From: Bacteroidales bacterium
Lineage (GTDB): Bacteria > Bacteroidota > Bacteroidia > Bacteroidales > UBA4417
Assembly: GCA_963677975.1 (NCBI GenBank)
Contig: OY782677.1
Span: 779,605 to 843,604, forward strand
Length of the DNA stretch: 64,000 nucleotides
Direction of reading: 5' to 3'
This document shows, one piece after another, positions 30,898 to 39,900 of this stretch; the first letter of the stretch is position 1, and each line of letters starts with the position of its first letter. Below the pieces are notes generated by a model that was given only the letters and a program-made list of their open reading frames with translations, did not search any database and was not told the DNA's origin. The translations under genes were made by a program, and so were the position numbers.

Positions 30898-31335
30898 TCA
30901 CCCCCTCTCTTCGGGAAGAGAGGGGGCTGGGGGGTGAGTTTTTCTGAACATTTCCCTTATTTTGAATAAAATATATTCTGTGTTATTTACATCAATGTTT
31001 TTCAACCTCAGGACCCTCAATCCAAGTTCAACAAGCACTGATGTTCGCCAATCATCATATTCGGCATGAAATGTATGTATTCCTCCGTCCAGTTCTACAA
31101 TTAATTTCTCTTCGGCACAATAAAAGTTGGCAATAAAAAATTGAAAAGAGTCGAAAGAATTTTCATAAATGATTTTATGCTGCCTGAGAAATTTTTTGCC
31201 ATCAAGTTTTCTGTTTCGTACCATTTCCCACACAATCTTCTCAGCCTCAGTCATGTTTTTACGGTTTTCCCGACAAATGGCAACTACAAATTTCTTACGT
31301 GAAACCGGTTTCATCGCTTTTTTCAAGAAACTCAC
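30898..31335 (-). CDS. DUF559 (Vsr/restriction-endonuclease-like fold) protein, copy 2
   Basis: It differs from copy 1 at 3 of 145 residues (D->N, Y->H, H->P). The same start-codon caveat applies (ATG 31314). Confidence 0.75.
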   Translation of the reverse strand: MSFLKKAMKPVSRKKFVVAICRENRKNMTEAEKIVWEMVRNRKLDGKKFLRQHKIIYENSFDSFQFFIANFYCAEEKLIVELDGGIHTFHAEYDDWRTSVLVELGLRVLRLKNIDVNNTEYILFKIREMFRKTHPPAPSLPEERG

Positions 31336-31509
31336 CCCCTGCCCCCTCTCTTTGAAATAAAGAGAGGGGGTGGCCGGGCATATTTTTGTTATTTCATTCT
31401 AAAAAGTAAAAGAAATCAAGTTAATTCAATCTGGTTTTGAGAGTCACCCACTCTCTTCGGGAAGAGAGGGGGCGAAGAGAGGGGGCTGGGGGGTGAGTTT
31501 TTTATAAAA

Positions 31510-32277
31510 TTACAAATTAAACAAATCAATCGCATTCCGGGTTGTTATTTCAGCAACCTCACGTACCGAAACACCGCACAGCTCAGCAACCTTATTGCCT
31601 ATTATGGGAATAAAAGCGGGTTCATTTCTCTTCCCTCGGTAAGGTACAGGTGCCAGAAAAGGTGAGTCTGTTTCCAGAACGATACATTCCGGCCCGACAG
31701 CTGAAACAACCTCCTGAAGGTGGGCATTTTTAAAAGTAACCACTCCGCCTATCCCCAAAAGGAAACCTGCTTCAATTACTTTTCGCGCCTGAGGCAGGTC
31801 GCCTGGAAAACAATGAAAAACTCCTTTTAATTCCGGGCCTGTTTCTGGTTTAAGTATTTGCCAGACCTCATCAAATGATTTGCGAACATGAATGACTATA
31901 GGCAAATTGAGTTTCTTTGCCAGTTGTACCTGGTATAGGAATATCTCCTCCTGCAAATCCAGATGCGTTTTGTCCCAGTATAAATCAATTCCGATTTCCC
32001 CTATAGCTATAAAGGATCCGGTTTCGAGCTGAGTTGTTAATTCAGCTAATTCGCTGTCAATGGTTTCCGGCAGAACGGAAGTAGGGTGTATACCTGCCAT
32101 CGGCAGGCAAATTCCCGGGTAGCTCGCAGCAAGTTCAAGCATGGGCTTCCAGGATGTGAGATCAATATTGGGCAATAGCATCCTGTTTACTCCGGCATCA
32201 ATGGCTTTTTGAACAACCAGGGTTCTTTCGTCGTCGAATTCAGCCAGATATAAATGGGTGTGTGTGTCGATAAACAT
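31510..32277 (-). CDS. TatD family metal-dependent hydrolase (DNase)
   Basis: MFIDTHTHL...GEIGIDLYW...VIHVR...HCF...ETDSPFL. The start was refined to ATG 32277. Confidence 0.85.
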   Translation of the reverse strand: MFIDTHTHLYLAEFDDERTLVVQKAIDAGVNRMLLPNIDLTSWKPMLELAASYPGICLPMAGIHPTSVLPETIDSELAELTTQLETGSFIAIGEIGIDLYWDKTHLDLQEEIFLYQVQLAKKLNLPIVIHVRKSFDEVWQILKPETGPELKGVFHCFPGDLPQARKVIEAGFLLGIGGVVTFKNAHLQEVVSAVGPECIVLETDSPFLAPVPYRGKRNEPAFIPIIGNKVAELCGVSVREVAEITTRNAIDLFNL

Positions 32278-32633
32278 GATGCAAAGGTAAATGAATTGAA
32301 AGGAATGAAATATGGGAAGTTCCAAATAAACCAACAGGATTGAAAATTGTTATAATATATGGAAAGGCCTACCGCCTGTAAAAGGTAAATTAGGGTAGAG
32401 ATGTAAAAATGTCAACCCGGTTTACAAAATGGTGATAAATTAATAATACTGGCTGTCAGGCTCGGGGAAGCCTGTGATTATTTTCTTATATTTGAAGCTG
32501 ATTTCTTCGTAAATTCATACTTACTGCTTTTACAGGAATATTCGCTGTGTGTTATACTCTGACCTGTTCTGAAGTAGTTATAGCCCTGGGCAAAATGGAA
32601 ATTGAAGAATAAGAGAATACAAAAAGAGACTAC

Positions 32634-34865
32634 ATGACTTCAGAATATAATAATAGGGAAAACAGAATGAAAAGCCTTAAAGGCTTCAATAAGACTGTTT
32701 TGGATTCTCATTCGGATTTAATTGTAGTTCTTAAGCCCGACTGTACTTATACTTATGTTAATGATGTGTTCTCGAAATTTTACGGAATTGATGTAAAACA
32801 AGCCCTCGGGCAAAAATGTTTTGATTTCGGACCACGGGAAATTGCTGAAAAAATCCAATCAATAAAGGAAACTCTTACGGTTGAAAATCCCACAGCCCAG
32901 TTTATACTGGAAAGTGAACGGTACGACGGAATTAGTTGCTGGATTTCATGGGTTATTTTAGGTGTTTTTGATACAACGGCTTTGCTTACAGTTTGGCATG
33001 TTATTGGTCACGATATTTCCGGCAGATTTGAAAGTGAGCGGAATCTTATAGAATCCCTGGATGAAATTTCGCAACTTCAGCTGAAATTCGAAACAGTAGC
33101 CAACTTTACATACAATATGGAGCAATGGGTATTAAGCGATGGCACGCTGCAATATATATCACCCTCATGCGAGAGGATTACAGGCTATTCGCAAGATGAA
33201 TTCATGAATACACCCGATCTCATGGATAAACTTGTGCTCCCCGAAGACCTACATTTGTGGAGAGGCCGGACTTCTGCAAATATTGATCGAAACAATCCTT
33301 ATGAAATGGAGTACCGCATCCTCCGAAAAGATGGGCAGGTGCGCTGGATGAATACAATTGTCGGACACGTTTCGGATGAATCAGGTGACAATACGGGAGT
33401 GCGTTCAAGTACCCGCGATATTACTGAACGTAAAAACCTGGAACTTGAGTTGCAACTTCTCAATAAAAGTCTTACGGAGCTTTCCGAAAGATATACCACT
33501 ATTGCAGAATTCACTTACAACATGGAGCGCTGGATTCTGCCTGACGGAACGCAGGCATATATTTCGCCTTCGTGCGAGCGGTTAACAGGCTATACCCGCA
33601 AAGAGTTTATTGAAGATCCCAAACTCTTTGAAAGTATAATAAAGATGGGTGATCAGAAAGTATGGAATAGCATAATGGCCGACCTGAATCCAAATGATAA
33701 CCTGCCTGAAGTTGAACTGCGCATACGGCATAAGGAAGGGCAAATCCGTTGGATAAGTACTTCCATTTCCTCGGTAGTTTCACCTGAGGGGAAATATCTC
33801 GGGATACGAACCAGCAGTTACGATATTACCAAACGAAAGAATGCAGAAATTGTTCTTCAAATGGCATTCGACGAAATAAAGGAAATGCAGGAAAAACTTG
33901 AACAGGAAAATCTGTACCTGCGCGATAAGATTATGCCTGCAAATCCAACAACGGGTTTTAATTTCAGTTCTTCTGCCATGACCGAGGTGATGAACAAAAT
34001 ATCACAGGTTGCGGTTACCGATTCGCCGGTGCTTGTTTTAGGCGAAACCGGAACAGGTAAGGAGCTAATAGCCAATGCTATACACCGTCAAAGCAAACGT
34101 TCGGGACATACCATGATTGTTGTGAACTGTTCGGCTCTTCCCCCATCGCTGATCGAAAGTGAGTTGTTTGGCCGCGAAAGGGGTGCCTACACAGGTGCTA
34201 TTGCCCGGCAGATCGGACGGTTTGAACTTGCTGATAAGTCTACTCTTTTTCTTGATGAAATCGGTGACCTGCCACCTGATTTGCAGGTTAAGTTGTTGCG
34301 TGTATTGCAATTTGGCGAGTTCCAGCTTTTAGGCAGCCCGCATACTCGGAAAGTGGATGTGCGTATAATTGCTGCCACCAACAGGGACCTGCAGGCAGCC
34401 ATGGATAACGGAACATTCCGGAGTGATCTGTATTTCCGGCTTAATGTATTTCCTATACATGTGGCTCCCCTTCGCGAACGAAAAGAAGATATACCGTCAT
34501 TGGTGTGGAGTATTGTGGAGGATAAAATGATTTCGATGGGTAAGCGGATCGAAAAGATCTCGAAGAAAAGTATGGAGATGCTGATGAACTACGACTGGCC
34601 TGGAAATATTCGCGAACTCCAGAATGTTGTTGAATACTCCCTGATATTGTCAAAAAGCACTACTCTCGAAGTTCAGATGCCTGCCCAGGTTGGTTTGCCC
34701 GAAAAGGGAATACCTAAAACCCTCGAAGAGAGTGAACGCCTCCATATTGAATCAATTTTAAAGCTATGCAATGGCCGTGTGAGAGGCAAAAGGGGGGCCG
34801 CCGAGATGCTGGGGCTTAAAGAATCAACTCTTCGGTTCAGGATGAAAAAGCTGGGGATCCGTTAG
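32634..34865 (+). CDS. Sigma-54-dependent transcriptional activator (bEBP) with multiple N-terminal PAS domains and C-terminal Fis-type HTH; no receiver domain
   Basis: Two clearly duplicated PAS modules (ANFTYNMEQWVLSDGTLQYISPSCERITGY / AEFTYNMERWILPDGTQAYISPSCERLTGY) and an AAA+ core with GETGTGKE, ESELFG and DEIGDLP. The sigma-54 contact loop reads GAYTGA instead of GAFTGA. HTH is AAEMLGLKESTLRFRMKKLGI. Confidence 0.85.
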   Translation: MTSEYNNRENRMKSLKGFNKTVLDSHSDLIVVLKPDCTYTYVNDVFSKFYGIDVKQALGQKCFDFGPREIAEKIQSIKETLTVENPTAQFILESERYDGISCWISWVILGVFDTTALLTVWHVIGHDISGRFESERNLIESLDEISQLQLKFETVANFTYNMEQWVLSDGTLQYISPSCERITGYSQDEFMNTPDLMDKLVLPEDLHLWRGRTSANIDRNNPYEMEYRILRKDGQVRWMNTIVGHVSDESGDNTGVRSSTRDITERKNLELELQLLNKSLTELSERYTTIAEFTYNMERWILPDGTQAYISPSCERLTGYTRKEFIEDPKLFESIIKMGDQKVWNSIMADLNPNDNLPEVELRIRHKEGQIRWISTSISSVVSPEGKYLGIRTSSYDITKRKNAEIVLQMAFDEIKEMQEKLEQENLYLRDKIMPANPTTGFNFSSSAMTEVMNKISQVAVTDSPVLVLGETGTGKELIANAIHRQSKRSGHTMIVVNCSALPPSLIESELFGRERGAYTGAIARQIGRFELADKSTLFLDEIGDLPPDLQVKLLRVLQFGEFQLLGSPHTRKVDVRIIAATNRDLQAAMDNGTFRSDLYFRLNVFPIHVAPLRERKEDIPSLVWSIVEDKMISMGKRIEKISKKSMEMLMNYDWPGNIRELQNVVEYSLILSKSTTLEVQMPAQVGLPEKGIPKTLEESERLHIESILKLCNGRVRGKRGAAEMLGLKESTLRFRMKKLGIR

Positions 34866-35553
34866 GGAAAGGGCGAATGGGAGAAAAGTAGACAAGGAGG
34901 CACAGAGGATGGTGATTCCAATCAGGCTGAACGCAGAAAACATTTGAGTCCTGTAACTCAGAAACCGTTTGTACCCGCAGCCCTTCCAGGGTATCAGTTT
35001 CCAATTAGGTTTTATAATCAGCATTCTATATTGCCGGAAAAAGTCAGTGACCAGCCGGAATAGTACCCTGTGCATCTTTTGCCTGGGGGGTCACATATCT
35101 CGTGACTATTCGGGTAACTTACAGATGTAGGTTATCACTTCACGCTATTCAACTATATCTTCCTCTGGTTTACCTGAAGCAAATTTTCCGATACCAGCTG
35201 CTAACTGAGCCATATAAAATTCGTATTCAAGTCACTACATTAATAATAAATCAGTATTTATTATAAGTATATTCTATAATAAAATAACACAGAATATATA
35301 CAGAATATACACAGAATATAATACTTTAACCAGAACTAGATAAAAGTTTAACCCGGATTACTTATCAATCCTGGAATTCTGAAACACGAAGCCTGAAACC
35401 TTGAAATGCGCAAACCGAAATACACACCATACCATTGACTATTTGAACAAAACAAAGCAAGCTAGAGTCAAAATAGTGATATAAAAACAAGAGTGAAAAC
35501 GACTTTAAATGGTTTTAAAGTGCAGCTTTTTTGTATCTTTCTAATAACGAGAA

Positions 35554-35592
35554 TTGCGCAATATAATGCGCGACAGCGCAAAATATTGCGCA
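35554..35592. promoter_or_regulatory. Extended imperfect palindrome containing the TTGCGCAATAT-NN-TGCGC motif
   Basis: TGCGCAATAT-AA-TGCGC-GACA-GCGCA-AA-ATATTGCGCA has 10-bp outer and 5-bp inner arms that are perfectly complementary. It is GC-rich in an AT-rich spacer. Confidence 0.5.
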
Positions 35593-35744
35593 TATTTATA
35601 AAGCATTGTTAACATGCCTAGGAAGATACTACGATTTATGATATTGATAATCAGAAACATGTATAAGTGTGTTTATGAATATTAATGTCCCATTATGAAA
35701 TTTGGTATAATCTTTGATCAATATAAGGTATCAAATTTTTCGCC

Positions 35745-36068
35745 ATGGTACTATGCACCTACTTCCTTAGCTCAACCAACTCGTCATCAAGGGAAATTCT
35801 CGAAGCGTTACGTTCAGTTGTAAATCCGCTTCAATTCAATAAAAACTGTGTAAAAACGGGTATCTGGCAAAATACAGATGATCCGGCCAGCCTTATGGTT
35901 TTTGAAGTATGGAAAAGTTTAACCTCACTTGAAAAATACCTGCAATCGGCACAATACAAGAGGATGATCGAAGTAATTGAAATGAGTGCCGAGAAACCTG
36001 AAATCCGGTTTGTGGACAGCGAAAGTGATTTCGGACTCGAATGGCTCGAAAAAGTAATCGTTGCCTGA
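35745..36068 (+). CDS. Possible small ABM-fold (antibiotic-biosynthesis-monooxygenase-like) protein
   Basis: The 107-aa ORF has a ferredoxin-like beta-alpha-beta pattern and an ABM-like core (DDPASLMVFEVWKSLTSLEKYLQSAQYKRM). It is isolated in an AT-rich region and the start is uncertain. Confidence 0.4.
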   Translation: MVLCTYFLSSTNSSSREILEALRSVVNPLQFNKNCVKTGIWQNTDDPASLMVFEVWKSLTSLEKYLQSAQYKRMIEVIEMSAEKPEIRFVDSESDFGLEWLEKVIVA

Positions 36069-36434
36069 TTTTGATGACCCAGCGAAACAAGGATTTTATA
36101 CCGGAAATGAAAGTTGGAACAAAATAATCTGAATTATTTATAAGCGTAACACCAGGAGTTTTATAGACACTAAATATAAATCAACAGACTGCAAAGCCCT
36201 CGCATTCTACAGGCTGAATGATCGGGAAAAGCAAAAGCCAGAAACGCTGAAACAGAGATAAATTAAACTTTGCCAAAAACACTCAACTAAAACTGAATTA
36301 CTACCCTAACTGATTGAACCACAAACACACAGCTCATTTTGATTAAAAATTTACTTGGATTTACTACATTAAGTCGTACAAGGCCAAAATTCGAAAACAC
36401 TACCCCGAACTCAAAATCGGGTTTAAAGTGTGAA

Positions 36435-36509
36435 CACAACCCTTCGGAGGTTGTGATCACCCGAATTTATGTGACCCTGCAAGCTTGCGCAATATGTTGC
36501 GCAAGCTTG
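36435..36509 (+). promoter_or_regulatory. Two adjacent stable hairpins in the leader of the giant gene (possible RNA structure, attenuator or operator)
   Basis: CACAACC-CTTCGGA-GGTTGTG (36435-36455, with a UUCG-containing loop) and CAAGCTTGCGCAA-TATG-TTGCGCAAGCTTG (36480-36509, perfect 13-bp arms), followed by TTGTTT. Confidence 0.45.
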
Positions 36510-36952
36510 TTGTTTCCATTATTAATAATTACCAAGCTATTACATAACAGACTGATAGAGCATTTGAGCGACTTTATTTACAGCTCATTTTTTATCACCT
36601 TAGGCTTTACCTTATATTTTCATAGTACTGAAAACATCCTTGCCAAACTGCGGGGTTACAATTCCATTGTTCCGGATATGGCATTTAAAATCTCTGAAAA
36701 GCTGAATCACAGGCTCCTTTCCATACTGCATACTTTTAAATTCTATGCGAATTATTGCCCAAATCCTGATCCCATATTGAACATAACTATTGCTAAAACC
36801 TGAAGGTTGAGGCATGCCCCGATATAATTAAACGAAAAAAAAGCAAAATCACACATAATATTTGCCACATGAAAAAAATATACTTGCAAGTTTCAACCCT
36901 AAGCACCAAGTTGAGCAAGATTATTCCTGAAATCAGTAAAAGCCATTCAATC

Positions 36953-39900
36953 ATGAAAGGAAAAAGAAATGTAGTATTGCTATGCCTGGGAATTATGCTC
37001 ACGCTTGGCACTCTTCAAACGAAAGCGCAGAATGCCAACTATCAATACTTTCTGCCCATTCCTGAGGCCCAGCTGAATGCTGATTTTAAAACAATTTATT
37101 CAGGAACCGGTAATGTTATGACCACAGTAGTATCCATGGTTATAGGGACTACCGGAACCAAAATTTATTACGATAACTGGGAAGATGGGTATGAAGCCAA
37201 TCCAACTTCGCCGGGCCAGGCCAGTACACAGATTTGGGGTGACGGTATTCTCACCAACGGAGTAGCCCCTGGTTATCCCGCCGATATTCTCAACGAAGGA
37301 AGCACAATTGCCTTGCGCAACGATGTTTCGCTTCCGCGTAATCCCTCGGTCATACTTTATGATGGCCGCGATAAGGTAGTTGCAACTCAGGCAATTACAA
37401 TAAGCAAAGCGGGTTGGGCTGTCAGCCCCGGCACAGTACTTGCTTCGTCAGTTGAAGTATACGATTTGAGCATTTATGGTAAGGAATTCCGGAGTACGGT
37501 TGGGGAAACAACCGTCGGTTCCAACAGCATGTTTAATCTTACCTCGCTTATGATCATGGCTTCGGAGAACAACACCCAGATCCAGGTCGATGCCGATGCA
37601 AACGGTTCATACGAAACAACAGTAACCATTCAGCAGGGCGAAAGCTACCTGGTTGCTTCTCCCACCATTGGCGATGTGCTCCAGGGGGCAAAAGTGATTT
37701 CAACCAAACCCGTGCAGGTGAATATTGTAACAGGTCGTATAGGCTCAACATACGAATCCCGGACCTTTGCAGCATACCCTCTCGAATTGTGGGGCCGCAA
37801 CTATTACAATCCCGTTTGCCAGACCAATGCATCGGCCGATGTATATGCTTTCCTTCACAACCCGGGGGCATCTTCAATTACAATTACCTGGACATCTTCT
37901 ACCGGTACAGGTACTTTTCCTGTCGCCGCAGGCGCCACGGAACGGTTTATTATGCCGCTCAACTCGGGGGTTGATTTTACAGCCCCTTCGGGCAGTAAAT
38001 TTTTCGGGGTGGGTGCCAGCGATGCCGATGCAACCAATAACCAAACCTGGGACTGGGGCTATTCCCTGCTTCCCGAAGCCTATCTTACCACTTCGCTTAT
38101 TACTGGCTGGGGACCGGGATCGTCGCAGCTGCCAATACCCCTTGTGAATGGAAGCCCTGTATGGCTTATGTCGCTCGAGGCGACCACAATTTACGTGGAC
38201 TACGATAACAATCCACTTACAGGGGGCTTAACCGACCCTAACGGTGATAAATATGATATCGCATACGCTGTTACCCCGCGCCAGGTAGTGAGGGTTTACG
38301 ACCCCGATAAGGACCAGACAAGCCTTCATGCCTATACCATTAACGGATCAAGGATAATGGGGATATGGGGCGAAGATCCCTCGGTGGCAGGACCTGCCAA
38401 CCCGTACCTCGATATGGGAACCACCGTATTACCCGACCGGAATGTGGAACTGTATAAATCCGCGGTGATTACATACAGTAATGTCATAAAAAATAAAGTG
38501 AGCGAGTTCGATACCGTCACATATACCATCACAATGAAAAATCTGTCTCTCAGGGTGAAGGAATTAAATGCCATGAAAGACACTATCCCTGCAGGCTTTA
38601 CTTATATTGCAGGGACAACAAAATGGAATACCTATACCATACCCGACGATGGAACCGGGACCCCTTTCCCGCTCGACGGAAACGGTTTTTATGTGGGCAG
38701 CTTCGGCCCCAATGCAAACGAAACCTTCACGTTTAAGGTTGTTGCTAATGCGGGAATTACTGCACATCCTACGGTTATAAACACTGTTTGGGTGCAAAGC
38801 AGTTTTGGCGATTTGTGGAAAGCCAGGAAAATACTGCCGGTTAACGTACCCCAGGTTACCGTGTGCACGCTGGGCTTTGTTGATGGTTCCGGTAATCCTG
38901 TAGCTAATTACCAGCCCAATACTTCGGTTTGCCTTAAGGTAACGGATGCTGACAGGAACACCAATACAGCCACTGCCCAGACGGTGACTGCCACCATCAC
39001 CAACAGCACCCAGGGTGAACAGGAAACCGTAACACTGACCGAAACCGGCAATAATACCGGGATTTTCCTGGGATGTATAACTGCCTCTTCATCAGGCGGG
39101 CAGGGCAACCAGAACGGAACCCTCTATGCTATACCGGGCGACAACCTTAATGCCCGTAGCATTGATCCCGTATACGGCGATATATGCGATGCCGCCCAGG
39201 TTGGCATTGCTACTCCTTCGTTTACCAAGCCGCTTTATCTTTCCGATACAACCGGCTTTGCATCCTCGCCGCTATCGCTCGACAGGGTAAAGCCCTGGGA
39301 TGGAACCGAAGCATTAAGTAGCCTGATGGGTACCACTGGCGCAGGAGGACCCGTTGCCTTGTCTGCTACTACGTCCGGCAAAATTAATTTGACCCTCGTT
39401 TCCCCCTATAATTTCACGGTGGCACATACAGTTTCAGGTAGTAATACCCTGTTGATGGTAGCAATTACCCACAATGATCCGACTAATGCTTATAATGTGA
39501 CTGGTGTAACCTGGAATACCTCTCAAACGCTGACACGTTTAGGTTCAAGGTATAACGCCGCGGGGACAAACAATGTGACTGTTGATTTCTGGTATCTCGT
39601 TGCACCTGATGCAGGAGCACATAATGTAGTTGTAACCTTTAATGGTGCTCTCCCCAGGGGAGTTGTAGGTGTAACTTCATTTACAAATGTTGACCAAACC
39701 ACTCCGTTTGGTACCACTGTAACGAATAAAGGCTCTTCAATAAAACCCTCAGTTCCAGTGGCATCAGTCACGAATGAAATGGTACTCGATGCTGTTGGTT
39801 TTTACGATAATACCACCCTTGCAGTAGCTGGTTCTCAAACTCAACAATGGAATGTCGTTGATAATGTTACTAATGCAAATACCTACGATCATGTTGGAGG

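Larger units (their letters stand above)
30233..31501. repeat. 546-bp tandem duplication (2 full units + 177-bp partial third), each unit = GC-rich double-hairpin spacer + DUF559 gene
   Basis: The unit anchor AAGAAACT recurs at 30233, 30779 and 31325, exactly 546 bp apart, and only a handful of mismatches are visible. Hairpins: CCCCCTCTCTTT-GAAAT-AAAGAGAGGGGG (30796-30824, 31342-31370; degenerate copy at about 30247-30281) and CCCCCTCTCTT-CGTG/CGGG-AAGAGAGGGGG (30355-30380, 30901-30926; degenerate third copy at about 31447-31490). Confidence 0.9.

Noticed and set aside
30233-31501. The possibility that the DUF559 tandem duplication is purely an assembly artefact.
   Set aside because: This is not fully excluded. 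However, the copies differ at several scattered positions, including three amino-acid changes and an extra 12-bp internal duplication in the third partial spacer. That is not expected from a simple assembler-induced repeat. The duplication is kept as a finding with read-level validation requested.
36339-36803. A 154-aa + strand ORF (and overlapping minus-strand ORFs at 36612-37011) in the leader region.
   Set aside because: The predicted protein is AT-rich and low-complexity with no recognisable motif. The ORF starts at a non-ATG codon and spans two strong hairpins/palindromes. It is more likely non-coding leader.
34866-36952. A sigma-54 -24/-12 promoter (TGGCAC-N5-TTGC) upstream of the giant gene or of the ABM-like ORF.
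   Set aside because: I checked the TTGC occurrences I could find by eye on the + strand of this interval, and none has a GG dinucleotide at the required spacing. The closest, TGCGCA-ATATG-TTGC at 36486-36500, lacks the invariant GG. No claim is made.
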